DNA of 63,837 nucleotides, filler included, from Reclinomonas americana ATCC 50394 (taxonomy: Eukaryota), in assembly GCA_048213135.1 (NCBI GenBank). It is 11 parts of 11 records of this genome, joined end to end, with 100 filler letters (N's around TTAATTAATTAA, not from the genome) between each part and the next. Parts side by side here need not be neighbours in the genome. Positions count along the whole stretch, not along the records: positions 1 to 5,348 come from AFZH01020351.1; positions 5,449 to 10,583 come from AFZH01020352.1; positions 10,684 to 29,816 come from AFZH01020354.1; 8 more parts are not named here. The stretch is one strand, 5' to 3'. The notes beneath the pieces were generated by a model that was given only the letters and a program-made list of their open reading frames with translations, did no database searches and was not told the origin of the DNA. Below are positions 1-13,700 of this stretch, piece by piece. Every line of letters begins with the position of its first letter. The stretch's first letter is position 1. A program made the translations under genes and the position numbers.

Positions 1-3000
1 CGACGTTTCTGCGCGCCACAGGCATGCCAGACGACGGTGTTTTGGCGACAGTGACGGCTCGCTTCAAGCGTCAGCTGGTGCTCAAGGAACGGTGTGACAT
101 GCACGTGTGTGTGTGTGTGTTTATCTTGATCGCGACGTGCACCTCACTGGCAAGCGCAGTGAAATCCGCCGTCTCAAGAAGGAGCTGCGGAGAAAACACG
201 GGGCGTTGGAGGATGCGACAGGCAACGCCGCCGATGTGCCACGCTGGCTGCGGCCTCCGTTGCGTCTCACGTGCAGTCGTTGTCGACATTAACTGCATCT
301 CATCTCCGGGTTGTGCAGTCCGCCGGCAGGCGCTGGACTGAAGCTGAGTCTGGGTGACTTGCGCGATCCCGTCATCACTGTGGACTCGGCGGCGTCCCCC
401 ATTACGGTCGGTTTTGTGAAGAGCACACGTTGGATAGCTGTCGCCCGCTCACCTCTCCGCTGGTCACACAGACGGATCCGTCAGTGTCTGTCGGGGATCT
501 CATCCGACAACACGAAGAATACGTGCGCTGCCTCAAGGACGAGTTTCACGCGTACCGAGACCACTTCCAGGAGGAGCTCCGAGGTTTGTTGATTCTGTGC
601 CATGGTGGGTGACAGTGACCACAACTGATAGCATGCCTCCACAGCCTTGTCGACTGCACTTATGGAGGAGGCCGACAATGGACGCCGAGTGCAAATGATT
701 GAGGTCGCAATTCAGCGATGGACTGGCGAGAACCCGCTGCACAAGTTGTGTTCTCGTCGCACAAATATCTCAGCCGTCTCTGCGTTCTCATTGCCTTTTT
801 CTTCGAGCAGGATCAAGAATCCCAAGGCCTCTCCGTCCCTGTTCAGCGCACCACATCCGCACGCTCATGGCCCCGATCAGCAGCGGCGCGCCGTATCCAC
901 ATCAGTGAGTCCACGGTCGGCCGCCTCTCGCCAGACGCATGTCGTGTGCTTTGGCTGCGGCACCTCGGTGCCGATTCCGGAGACGCACTTGCAGCCGCGT
1001 CCTGGACCTCGTCTGCTGCCCGCCGGCACTCTGCTTAGTCCAGATCAGCGGTTCCGCTCACAGAACAGTCGCGAGTCAGCAAGACAGAGGCGCCCGTCCT
1101 CTGCATTTGTATTACTGGGAGTTGCGTGGGCTATTGTGGAGAAGAAGAAGAAGAAGTCGGCGAGGGAATGAGAGGCAGGACCTGACATGTGTGTGTCTGC
1201 AGGCGGGATCGGGTTCCTGCACATCGCTGAGTGGCTCCGACATTCCACTTGATGTCGAGGACGATCGCAGTGTCATGAGCTCACCGGGTGTCGAAAGCCT
1301 GCCCAACTCGCCGTTTGGGGAACCCATGTCGGGGCGCAGTGCCCACTCTGGTGAAGACCACAACGCGACAGTGACAAGCGAGTTGTGGGTTGTGCCGAAT
1401 GCAGATGCTGCTGTTGGTGGAGTGAGTGACGGTGAAACGAGGTGCGCCACGTGTTACGTGCCTCTCCCGCAGTCCTCGACACACACTTACCTCCTTTCTC
1501 GTGTTGCACACACAGTGCCGGTAATCACTCGGACGATCCGTCGAGTACCCGTAACGGCAAGACTCCGCCTCGACGTGGTCGACGAGCGGCAGGTAAATCC
1601 ACTGGCTCCTCGCCCACCAAGGCGAAGAGACGGCGTCGCTCCAAGTCGCCGTCCAAGACCAGCAGCAAGAGTGGCAGTCGGTCACGGTCGACATCCCCAG
1701 GTCGTCGCAGCGACTCGGAGGCCGCCGATGGTCCCACGCGCATGCAGATCAGCAGTCGCGAGACCAGTCGCGATTCATCAGCGCGCAGTGCGAGCGACAA
1801 TGCCGCGTCCGGTCGGCAAACACGATCAACTGCTTCAAAGGGTTTGTGTCGCCCCCCCCCCCCCCGTCTCCCACTTTATTTTGTGCATGTATGTGTGTGC
1901 CTTTGCCTGCCTGGCTGCCTGCCTTTATCATGCCATGCACCGAAGCGGCCAGCCCTTTTTCTCCATTGTTTGTCTCGTTGTGCCTTATTTGTGCCCTTGC
2001 CGCCTGTCATTTCCCTCGCACTACAGCCGGCGGTGTGGACGTCAAGACGGCGGCAGAGTTGTTGTCGCTGCGCAAGGAAAACGAGGAGCTGCGTGACGAG
2101 GTGGTTGCGCTGAAGACGCAAGTGGACATGCTGTTGGCCGAGAAGGAGGATGAAGAGAGCGAGGGTCTGCCCATCCCCGTGTCTCTGGCGCCGGACCGTG
2201 AGCGATCGGTACTTGCGTGTGCACGCGTCTTCTTCTTGTAGGGTTTACCCACCATTTCTCTCCGTCACTCGACAGCCATCGGTGCCACGAGAGGTGGAAT
2301 CGGCGGGGGAGGATGACGACGATGGCGACGAGGACAGCGACGCACGACCGCCATCCGACTGCTCGCTCGATCAGTGGGGTTCGCCCACGTATGAACGTGC
2401 CGTGTCCATGCGGAAGGCCCGCCGGCGGGCGAGTCACAAGGAAATTGGTCCGGCACGCCGTGTTCGCGATCTGCGTGTCGATGTGGCCGGCCTCGACGCC
2501 GCTCGTACGAGCTACGCAGGCCTGTCCGAGGGTAGCACGCCGACCGCCACCGACGGCAACAACGATGACGACGCCGACGGCGGAAACAGTGAGGTCTCCG
2601 GCGTGGTCATTACCGAGTCGCCGATCCTGCGCGCCAACATCCGCCGGGTCACCATTTGCGATCCAACATCTTACGACGGCGCGTCTGCGAGCAGTCCCGC
2701 CATGTCATCCGAGGCCGGCAGGGACGAGGATCCGGCTGTGCGCGCGGCTCGTCGACGCGAACGCGCTCGCCAGGTATGTAGACATCGATGGTCTTCTATT
2801 TTCTCCTCCTCCACGCATCGACTCTGACGACACCACACATGAGCAGGCGGGATCGGCGTCAGCGGGCACCATGCTGCGCATCATGACGTGCAACGTGAAC
2901 ACGCAGACACCGCGTACGTGGATGTTTGTCGGTCGTTCGCACGCACCCTCCATGCTGCACCGCCCGCACAGTATCGGAACACAGACCGAAGATCTCACCC

Positions 3001-4984
3001 GGCGCGACTCGTCGGCGGGACCGTGGCTTCTGCAGCTCACCTCGGCGATGCGAGAGCAGAGTGACAACGACAGCTCGCCGGTGGGTCCGCAGCCTCGGCG
3101 CCTGTCACTGGTGCCGGCACGCTTTGTGCCGCTCGAACATCGCGGCTCCATGTCGAGCCTGGCGCCCACGCTGGGTTCTCAGAGCCCATCGGGTGTCGAC
3201 ACACCGCAGCACGGCGCCGCACGAGCTCAGCAGGGATCGCCAAATCCGCTGCAAGCGGCCAACGCGGAGCGCGCTCGCCCCTCGGGTCTCGTGTTTGACG
3301 GCATGCCGACCCGCCAGCCGCTGCACGCCTCACAGTTGGTGGCCAACGCAGCGCACAATGTTGCGAGTGGCCATGGGCGTGCGGCTGGGGGCAGAGAGGC
3401 GTCGTCGTCGCTCACCGGTCTGCTGACGGCGGTGACGATGGAGACTGGAGGCGAGACGCAGTCCATCACTCGAATGCGTCCTGCGCCATCCAAGGGGGGC
3501 GCGAGTGGCGACGTGGCTGCTGCTGTCGTTGCGCAGGCAGCAGGAGAGTTGCTGGGCAGTGCGGTTGACGGCAACGGGCACCTCGACATTGAGCTGGATG
3601 AGTTGCGCGAGCAGTTCCGCCAGGAGATCAATGTCGGCGCCGGTGATGCGGCCGGCAAGGGCAGTGGAGGTCGACCGTCCGCTTCCGCACCTGCGGGTGC
3701 CTCCGGCTTCCGGTCAAAGACTCCACCGCTGCGCAACCCCAAGGCCACTCGACAGAATGCGCCGTTGCCGCCACCGGTCGCTGTGCCGCCGGTGCCACCG
3801 CCATCTGCGGGGAACGAGGCGGTCGCGGTCGCAGCACCACTGTCGCGCAGCGCCGATTCGAGTCCGCGGCACAGCGGTCGTGATCGATCGCAGTTGTCGG
3901 CCAAGCGCGTGCCCAAGCCGGTGGCACAGCAGGTGTTCCCGCGACCACTGCCGGAGCTCGACGACGAAGGTGTGCATGACATGGCGGACGAACAGCATGC
4001 ACAAAACTTTATGCATGCGGCGGCGTCATCGACACTGCCACCGCTGCACACGTGGTCGCCACAGCAGAGTGCTGGTGGTGGCCTCGCGCCGGCACCGGCC
4101 ACCGGCTCGTCCCTGTCGTCCATGCCGCCGCCACATCAGAGCGCACACACGCGCAACACCCGAGTGGCGACGCGTCTGCTGCGGCCGACCAGCGCCCTCA
4201 TGATGGATCCGTCGCTGGAGATTGTGCCGCTGCGTGCGCCCTCACGCAGCCCCTCACCCACCCTGACGCGACCAGCGACCTCCGGTCCACTCGGTCGCCA
4301 CGGGGGAGGTCACGTGGAGCAGCACATATCGGATCGCGAGGTCACGCTGGCCACGGAGCAGCAGTTCACGTTGAGTGGCGGTGCCGTGCGCCCGCAGTCT
4401 CGCGAACGGCAGCAGCTGGCGGTGCATCTGCCGGACGTGACTTCGGTACGCCGCGCGGCAGCCATTAGCGCGTCAAGGTACGAGGGCTTGAAGAGGGGGA
4501 ATCTTTCTGAGAAGGGCAATCACTTATTGGTTTTATACCAGGCGTTCGAGTTCCGTGGTGATTGCCACCATGGAAACCGACAGTTCGGCCGGTGGTAGCA
4601 GTGGGAGAGGACAAGGAACAGCTGCCGCCGCAGCAGCGCCCACACGCTCACTCAAATCGGCGAGCGCTCTGCCGCGACGCGCCCATCCGCAATTGAAATC
4701 CAAATCGGGAAGGTACAAATTGTCATGCTGCAGCTGCGCATCGGCGGTACGGCGAATCATGCTAAACTTGGCGAGTGTGTGTGTGTGTGTCTTGTTGCAG
4801 CGCAAGTGGCGAGGTCGAAACGTCCTCCTCGTCAACAGCCGTGACCACACTGACGACGACCGCCATTGTCGCCGCCGCCCTTGCATCATCGCGTGCAAGT
4901 AATTATAATGCCCCACCTGCGCCACCACCCACGGCCAGCGCACGCGACCTCTCGTACTGGGACACCACAGAGAGCTTCTCATAA
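1..4984 (+). CDS. Multi-exon hypothetical protein, 5' partial; coiled-coil segments plus long Ser/Pro/Ala-rich disordered regions
   Basis: Frame is conserved through about 10 GT-AG introns (e.g. donors at 259, 745, 1121). There is a long exon at ~2848-4478 and a stop TAA ending at 4984. Confidence 0.7.
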
Positions 4985-5348
4985 TGCACCACATAATGAA
5001 TTCAAATACGCGTTTTTCATGCAGAGATGCGCGCAAAGGAATCCGAGCCCCGAAATTTCCACCCATTTCCTTTTTTTCTTGCCTGCTGAGAGCGTTTACC
5101 CCCTCCCCTTTGTTTCTGCCGATATCTTGCATGATGACTTTCGACGACTCGAACCCTGCACCAGGTACTGTGCCTGTGAAACACACACACACACTGCATG
5201 TCGTGCCTTGTTTCTTTCTGCGTTTTTGCCTTGTTTGTGTGTGTGTTTCGTGACGTGTGCACATGCACATCACCACTTGCACCATTTTTCTTTTTTTGGG
5301 CACGCCAATTCTCTGTTCATTCGTGCGGTGTGTGTGTGCGTTCAATGA

Positions 5349-5448
5349 NNNNNNNNNNNNNNNNNNNNNNNNNNNNNNNNNNNNNNNNNNNNTTAATTAA
5401 TTAANNNNNNNNNNNNNNNNNNNNNNNNNNNNNNNNNNNNNNNNNNNN
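5349..5448. other. Artificial assembly spacer N44-TTAATTAATTAA-N44 (also at 10584, 29817, 34622, 38054, 43203, 47341, 54763, 58935, 61574)
   Basis: An identical 100-nt block carrying a six-frame stop linker occurs ten times. Confidence 0.98.
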
Positions 5449-5736
5449 GGTCGCCTTCATTGCTGGCCACCCGTGTCCACTGCGCCACGCCACCAAACAC
5501 GCCGATCAACATCCTGGACGCTGCCGTCATGGCGGCCGACGGCTCAAGACATACGCACAACCCGTTTGTGTCGATTGACGCATTAGCGGCGGTGCTCGGC
5601 CAGCGCTCGTGAAGCATACGACGGCAGGCCTCCACCTGAGAAAAAGAACTACACACACCTCTGTTTAATATATAACGAGTGTACACAACATCGGAGTTTT
5701 TTTTGATCTTCATCGTCACCGATGTCATCGTAGTCG

Positions 5737-8700
5737 TCAGTTGTCCACTTCCTCGTCTTCCTCCTGATCATCATCATCGTCGTCGTCGTCGCTGAGCACG
5801 ATAAAGTCTTCGAGGTCAGCGTACGTGTCGATTCCCACCGCCATGCCACGTGCCGCATCCTCACGCAGCACCCGGTCAATGTACGCGTTCCGACTGCGTG
5901 CCAACGACAGCGACTGCTTCCGTTGTGCGACACGGCGTCGCTTCCGTGGTCTCTCATCATCGTCGCCATCGTCGTCGCCATCGTTGTCTTCTGCCACTTC
6001 CTCCTCTCCCTCCTCTTCCTCTTCATCGGTCTCCGAAGCCGACGCACTGTCCTCATCCACGTCCTCACCATCGAGACGCACAACCCTCTTCCGCTCGCCG
6101 CCCACACACAGCGTCTGCAGTGAGGCGTTGTCTTCCAGCGCACTCAGCAATCGCGACAAGGACTGTGGCACACGATCACCGAGAGCCTGCCGCCACCTGG
6201 TCACCACACGCTGCACCTGCAGACACAGACGCTGCGCCGTGACGATGAGCTGCCGAATGCGACCAGCGACTCCCGCAGCAGCAGCAGCACGCTGCCGATG
6301 TCGCACGCGCAACGCCTTGCTGCTCGTGTCAGCGTCTGGGAATCGCGCTGCAACCCATTGTGCGAGCCACTTGACAAGACCCGCCACTGGAGTCATGCAC
6401 TGGAGCCACACGCGCACTTGTGGCGCACGCTCCGATCGCGGTGCGGAGCGCAGCTGACTGCGCGCCAGACCAAAGAGCCGACCACCGAACCGTGCAACTC
6501 GTGCGGCACTCGAAGCATCAGCCAGACCCGCGCGCAACACGCGTCGCATACGTGTCACGCACCACTGCACCTCTCGTGAGTCGCCGCAGTCGCCAGCATG
6601 TTGTACCAAGCGATCCAGACACAGCACGGCAAGCGGAACGCGACAGCGCGCACTCACAGAACAACCAGTGGTAACAGTCACCACCTCCACACCCTTGTCC
6701 TCTTCCTCCTCCTCATCCTCCTCCTCCTCCTCCTCATCATCATCCTCCTCCTCGTCTGCGTGTCCATCACCGTTCCCACCAACTGGGTCACCTTCCATCA
6801 TCATCATCTCCAGCGGTGGCATCATCATCATCATCATCGTCATTGGCGGCGCAGGCACCGGAACCATCGCTACATCACCATTTTGCACGTGTGGCCTCTC
6901 CTCCACACTTCGCTCTTCGTCGTCGAGCCCACGACCACGACCACCGCACACCGCCACCACCATGGTCTCCAACACACTCCTCCGCAATGCACGGTCGTCA
7001 GCAGCGAGTGCATACAGACAACCGTACGCAGCCGTCAGCACCGAGGGTGGAGCGTCACCACCAAACTGCTGGCAAAAGTGCCACAAGACGTCAGCCGGTA
7101 ACTGCAGAACGTCACGGCACTGCGTCCAGGTGCTGCTTTGTGCCATCAGCGACAGCGCCTGTGTGTACAAGACAAAGACGCGCGGCCGTGTGCTGCGTGC
7201 GACCTCGTGGTGCAGACACCAGGTGACGGCACACAGGACTTGCTTGGAGGCAGTCGATTGTGTGGCACCAGCGGGCGCCAGAATCACCTCTGCACGTGCC
7301 TGCGACCTGTGCACCCATCAGCCAACGAGACGAAAACAGTGTTTCGGTATTGCATTCCAACGCAACTCCTCGTTCTCCATGGTTTGTGACGTGCTGCGGC
7401 ACTCGGCAAACGGAAGCGGCAACGAGTTGTCTCCCGCCTCGCGCAGCGCCAGTGGCGGTGCAGCACCAGTGGATGAGCGGAGTCGAGCGCACAGCGCCTG
7501 CAACAGGAACTCGCGCAAGTTTTCCATGTCGGCATTCTGTGCATTGGTGGCGGCGGCGGTAGCTGCGGCCGTGTCACTGCCGCTACGCAAGAATGGCGGC
7601 AACACCACGTACTGTGGCGTCCGCTTGCGAAACACATTGTACGACCACTGAAGTGGCACACGCTGTATGCAAACAAAACACCCTGCGAGCGTCAGTCAAC
7701 AGACATTATTGCGTTGTCCCGCCACGCACACGTCACCTGCCACACGGCCGCCGACTCCAGACAAAGTGCACGCACCAACACACCAGTCAGGCTCCAGATG
7801 CTGATGTGCGGATCTGAGGCCTGACAGCGAAGGAACTCCACGAGGCAGCCGAGTGCGACTGGCGGTGGAACCTGCTGGCGAAGTGCATCCACCAACATGG
7901 TCCACATGTAGCGTACAGTGGCTGCACTCTGTTGCACCATCTGCCGCATGGCACTGTTCATGTCGATCTCGGCAACACCATCCACCATCGGCAGCACGTC
8001 GGCGAACTTGTTGACCTTCCACAACTCGGCCACGAGCGCAAAGAGGCTCGTCAACGACGGAATCCACTCGTTCCGCGGCAATGCCTCGTCCGACTCCACC
8101 ACGCCCACAATCAGTGCACACAGCGTATGCTGCAGCAGGCACAAACGGGTGGCGGTGCGGATGCTCGGAAAGAGCGGGTCGGTGGAAAACAAAGTGGCCG
8201 CTAGACGACTGGGCGACGAGAACAGTGCACGCAGATCGTCGATCCATGCACGCGCTCCTGCGGCACGACCATTTGTTCAGCAACGACGGCCAAGTGACTG
8301 TGATTGCGGAGACAACGCAACTGTGTGACTCGTCCGCCAGTGAGTATTGCAACGCAGTACCTACAAGGAGCGGAAGCGATTCGACAAGAGTCACCGCTGG
8401 CCACGACGTGTGAGTGATTCGCGCGACACATTCAGCAGCACACCATGCATACACAAACACGACACCTCCTCGATTCGTGCAGTGGAAACACTTGTCGAGG
8501 TCGAGGATGCGAATGCCCTCGTCGCCAGTGGCATCCACCGTGAAAAGGGCCTCGATACGCTGGCCGAGCCACTCAGCGGCAATGCGACGCCAGCGAGAGT
8601 GCGCCTCATCCTTTTCCTCGGTTCCACGTCTCTGTAGGCATTGAGCGAGTCCAGCGTACACTTGCCGGCGAACCGACGCACTGAGCATGCGGTCGCCAAG

Positions 8701-10522
8701 ACGTGTGACGGTGACTAGCATGCGCGCTTCGTCGTCGGCGCTTGGTAAGCAGCGCGACTCCACAAGAGCGAGAAACCCAGCAATGCCCAGCAGCCAGCCA
8801 GCCTCGACAGCACCCTCCAAATGCTTGCGCAGGTAAAGCACCAACGAATCCTGCACGGAGAGCAACGACAGTTGTGTTGAGCGCAAGCGACCAGTACACA
8901 GCGATGAGCGATCCACTTCACCAGCGAGGATCGGGAGAGCCAATACAGTGGCATGACGGTGCGCAAGATTTGCACCGCAAGCGCAGGCTGGAGGTGGTGC
9001 AGGTAGGTGACCCTGACATGCGCAGAAGAGAGATTAGATGCGGGACACGTCATGAAAATTGGAGGACCAGAGGCGACGCACCAGTCATGAATCGTCGCCG
9101 CGTGATCGGCCAACAGTGGACCACACCTTTCAAACAGTTCAGCGAGGATGCGGAGGAAGTGCTGCTGTGTCGCCTCGTGCGGATCCTCAAACAGCGTGGA
9201 GAAACACATGCCGAGTATACCGTGAGCAGTCGACGGCAACATCTCAACAACCTGCTGGCGGTCAGACGGACGACCCCCACACATTGTGGCCAGGAGGTGA
9301 GGCTCACGTAACTTGAGATGCCATGTAGACGCTGATGATTGCGAGCGAGGGGACCGTGGCGGCAGCTGCCACTTGCTCGTCTTGCTGCTGCACGGCCACA
9401 TTCGTCAAGTGGGTGACAAAGTCCAGAACCACAGCTCCGCGCTCGAGCCGACACAGATCGGCCACAAGCCGATCAGTCGCCGCCTGCCAGACCAATGGAC
9501 ATGGTCATATTCGCCATCCTCGCGATCGCAGGCTATTGTGTCACGCAGGAGACGAAACTCTTACAGCAGCCGCAGTCGATATGTCAGAAGTGCCGTCGAC
9601 GACAGCCGAGGATGATGATGATGACGACGAGGACGCATTTGGAAGTGCGTCTGCCGCGTGATCGCTCCGCACCTCCATGCAGGCTCGTTGAAACAGCGTG
9701 CAGGTGACAGAAAACGCCTGCACACAATCATATGAGTGTCAAGTTCACCTTGTGCTGCTGTGTTTCGTTTCACATGTGGTAAAAAACACACGCACCTGCT
9801 CCCGTTGCACTTCGAAGCGTGGCGACAGGTACAACAACATTGTGGCCAGCAGGAGAAACGATCCACCACTTCCATCGCCTTGTGCTTCCGGCGTCTCCTC
9901 CTCTCCTTCTTCACTCTTGTCGCTGGAGGCACAATGACTGGCAAAACGCAGCAACGCATCGACGACCGCCGGCTGATCGGCCACATCCATCTCCAAGAGA
10001 GCCAGAGCACCGGCACGCTCAGCCACCTCCACCCGCCCCAGAATACACCACAGTAGGTTCAACCAGGGAGCGACGCGATTGTCTGCGTCATCATCACTCG
10101 CCTCGTCCAACAACGACAGTACGCAGTGTACGCATGCCCGTGCAAGGGCACAGCAGACGGCGCCGTCGTCGATCGGCTGACGACGAAAGGTCGACAGGCA
10201 ACGAAACAGCGCCTGCACAACACGTGAGACAACGTCGACCAACAGCGAAGCAAAACGACGCACCGCGCTATGCTCACGACTCAATGCTGGCTGATCGTCA
10301 AACACCTCGACCAATGCCGCGATCAGCGGCAGAAAAAACGGCGAATGGTGGTCGGCGCACACCGACAACGACGACGACGACGACAGCAGCCGCGACAGGA
10401 ATGGTGAGGTGCATCCGTCGGTATCGGATGCACACAACACGAGTGGTACCACGAGATCGCAGACCTGCGAGGCACCACCAGCTGCTACCACGTCAGGGAT
10501 GCAGAAGGGGCCAACACACTCT
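5737..10522 (-). CDS. FANCI: Fanconi anemia group I protein-like (multi-exon; 5' end lies in or beyond the gap)
   Basis: Spliced segments HFLRILAELFERCGPLLADHAATIHDW, AVQILRTVMPL..SL-DSLVLYLRK..GIAGFLALV and VRRQVYAGL resemble the FANCI solenoid. The acidic C-terminus includes SRNAYIDRVLRED..YADLEDFIV. Confidence 0.7.
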
Positions 10523-10523
10523 G

Positions 10524-10583
<60 letters not shown>

Positions 10584-10748
10584 NNNNNNNNNNNNNNNNN
10601 NNNNNNNNNNNNNNNNNNNNNNNNNNNTTAATTAATTAANNNNNNNNNNNNNNNNNNNNNNNNNNNNNNNNNNNNNNNNNNNNTCACCGCATTCGGCAGT
10701 GGACAAGGGTTGTCCTCGGAGTAAACAGCACAAAGGTGACGCACAGCG

Positions 10749-13700
10749 ATGCGTGCGGCGCGCTCCCGTGGACTGTCGGCGGGCGAGGATGCTGCGCGCA
10801 CGAGCTTGCTTGACTCGGCGGACGACAGTGGTGCAGGCGTGATTAGTGACTCCTCGTCGCATGCACCAGCAACTGCCACAGGCACTGCTGTGCCTCCGCT
10901 GCCCACGGACTTTACACTCGACAGTGACGAGGCCGCTGCAGCCATTGCAGAGAAGCTGGTGTGTGTGTGCATGCATGCGCACTCTCTCCTTGTTCACTCT
11001 CTCTCACTCACACTCTCTTCCCTCCGTGTGTGCGTCTCTCTCTATCTTTCCTCGTGGCAAAGACGCGACCGGAGCAGCTGGTGGGAGTGCTGAGCGAGGA
11101 CGACACGCGCATTCGCATGTTCAAGTGCATTATTCGCAACATGCAGTACCGCAACTTGCGGGAGACCATGACGCCCTACATTCGCTTCATTCTCGGTGGC
11201 AACTACCAGGTGGTTGACAAGCGCCACTTGTTGCGTCATAGTCTCTGTCTTTTGTTTGTCGCGCGCGCGCGCACTTGTCTCATGCATTTGCATTTGGTGC
11301 ATGCATGATGCAGGGGTGGCAAGATTGAGATCAGTGGCAAACGCGGCCCCACGTTCCGCTCCAAGCGACTCAAGAGTCAAATGTCGGGTGGTGCCGGTGA
11401 GCGGGGGTTCGAGAAGCATCCGCCCTGTTTGTTGTTCTGCTCTGACATGGTTGTGCAGGTACCTTCCCCGGTCAGCTGACGCGTTACTGGCAAGGGTCGT
11501 ATGTGGATCTGGAGTCGCAGGATCTGGTCATTGAGGCGTGGCACTTCCGCTGGCTCTGCAAGAACGTGCGCAAGGGCGAGGCGCGTCTGCGACTCGTCGA
11601 CATTGCGCAGGCAGACATGCGGCAGTCGGTGGACATCAAGGGCGGCGCCGATTCCAAGTCCGGGGCCTATATCCTTTGTGCATCGTACACAAGCGTGCTT
11701 CGTTTCTCCACTGTGGTTGTGTGCTGCGTTGTCCTTGACTGCTGCTTGTTGCGATACCGACGGCAATGCGGCTGGACTTTGAGATCCTCTTCCAGGAGAT
11801 GCACCAGTTTCAACTCAGCTTCGACGACTGGACCGGGCGCGACATTGTGGCCGTCAACAAGGACACGTCTGGGTGCGTTGTTTTGCATGCGCTTTTTCTC
11901 CCACTTGTGTATCATGATCTGACGGGAGCAATGCAGTGCGTCCGCGACCTCCGATCCGTTCGTGCATGTTTCGATGCAAAAGGACTGGCGCAAGTGGCGT
12001 AAGCGCGGCGGACTGGTGGGTCGTGAATTCCAGTCGCACCGCGTGGATCAAACAACGTTGCGCAGTCAACATGCGGATGCACTCGACGAAGCACGTAACT
12101 CACCTTCTCACATGCGCTCAGCACTCCGGTGTGGGACCACTTGGGCTTGCTGACGTACTACGGAACCTTGTCGGAGATGGAGAACGAGGACTTGCAGGTG
12201 GTCGTGTACGATTGGGATGCCATGGAGAACACCAAGATTGGCGAGCGCCTGCTGCCGCTGCGCGGTGTGGTGGACACGCAGATGCTGCAGTGCCGCCTCG
12301 GTACGTATCCTTTCCGCGCGAACTGCACTCTCCACGACGTGACGCATCTGTACTGCATTTGCAGTGTACAAGTCGCATCGCCGTTCGAGCCAGGGCGGTG
12401 TGCTGTTCGGCAGCGTCAACCTGGTCACCTGTCCGCGGTACATGCAGTCGGGTGACTTTTGTTGCGTCTCACTGCATCACTGCTCCGTGTGTTTGTGCGT
12501 GCGCCTCACTCGATCATCACTGCTGCTACAGACACGCTCAAGCCCTGGCACATGTACCTAGCGGTGCACATTCAGTCGTGCCAGAACCTGAAGGCCATGG
12601 ACGAGTCGCTGTACTCGGACGCGTTTGTCGTTGTGCGCTACGATGGCATGTCGTTCCGCACCAAGGTTTGTCCGCGGCGCGTCGTATCGGTGCTTGTCAC
12701 AACTCGCAGTCTCCACATCTGACCTGCGTGCGCAGACCGTGTACGAAGACCTCAATCCACGATTCGACTACTACGTATACTTGCCGGTCATGTTTGTGGA
12801 CTACAGCGCCGATGAGTTCCGTCAAAAGGGCCGTATCGCCATCGAGGTGTTTGACGAAGACAGGGACGGCAACGATTTCCTTGGCTCGTGTTCGCTCTGT
12901 TGCGTGCACGTCCCCTCCTCCTTCATCGTTGTTGAGCTTCTCACTCATTTTTTCTCTCGTTGTGCTGCACAGCCGTGAGTGAGATTCTGCACTCCGCCAA
13001 GGTCGGGTACACGGAGCGACCGGGCGAGACCACCCGCATGTTCCAGGGCACGCTGCCGCTGCAGAATGCCTTCTTTGCCAACGTGGACCAGAAAGTGACC
13101 CTGGAGGCGTATTTCATCCCAGGTTCTCGCCTTTCCTTCTCTTCACAGAGGAGGTGCCTGCTCTTCTCACCCCTGTCACACGAATGCAGATCTCGGACCC
13201 AAAGTCCTGTTTGAGGAGGACCCAGAACCCGTGTTCGACCCGGAGGCGTCGGTGCCGAGTGCCATTATCAAGCGCCAGAAAGTGTGGCATGAAGAGATCA
13301 AGAAACACGGCGTTGTTGCGTGCTTGGTTCGTTGACGACACAGCGTGAGTCACTGCGAGTGACTTTTGTGGATGCAGACACGCAACTTCCCCGTGACTCG
13401 AGTGGACGAGAAGCTGAAGCAGCGATTCCTGCCGTCGTATGTGCAAGCGCCCGAGTATCCCATGCCTCGAGGTACGCCGATGAGCACTCTCTTCATTGTT
13501 CACCCTCACTCACATTCCGCTTCTCGTGTGGCAGACGTTCGCAACGAGCGAATCATTGCACGCATGATTGCACTCATGACGTGGGACTCGGATGAGTCGA
13601 TCTACCAGGGTCACAGCGACATTTGGACAACACCAGAGTACTTTCAGAGCATCGGGAAGGGAGACTCAGAGGACCATGCCATTCTCATGGTGCGCCATTT

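Noticed and set aside
5349..5448. Recurrent TTAATTAATTAA motif within N runs
   Set aside because: It is an artificial six-frame-stop spacer, identical at all ten gaps, and not a biological repeat or TTAA transposon target.
5449..5650. Possible minus-strand gene start at the contig edge
   Set aside because: It is too short and has no recognisable motif.
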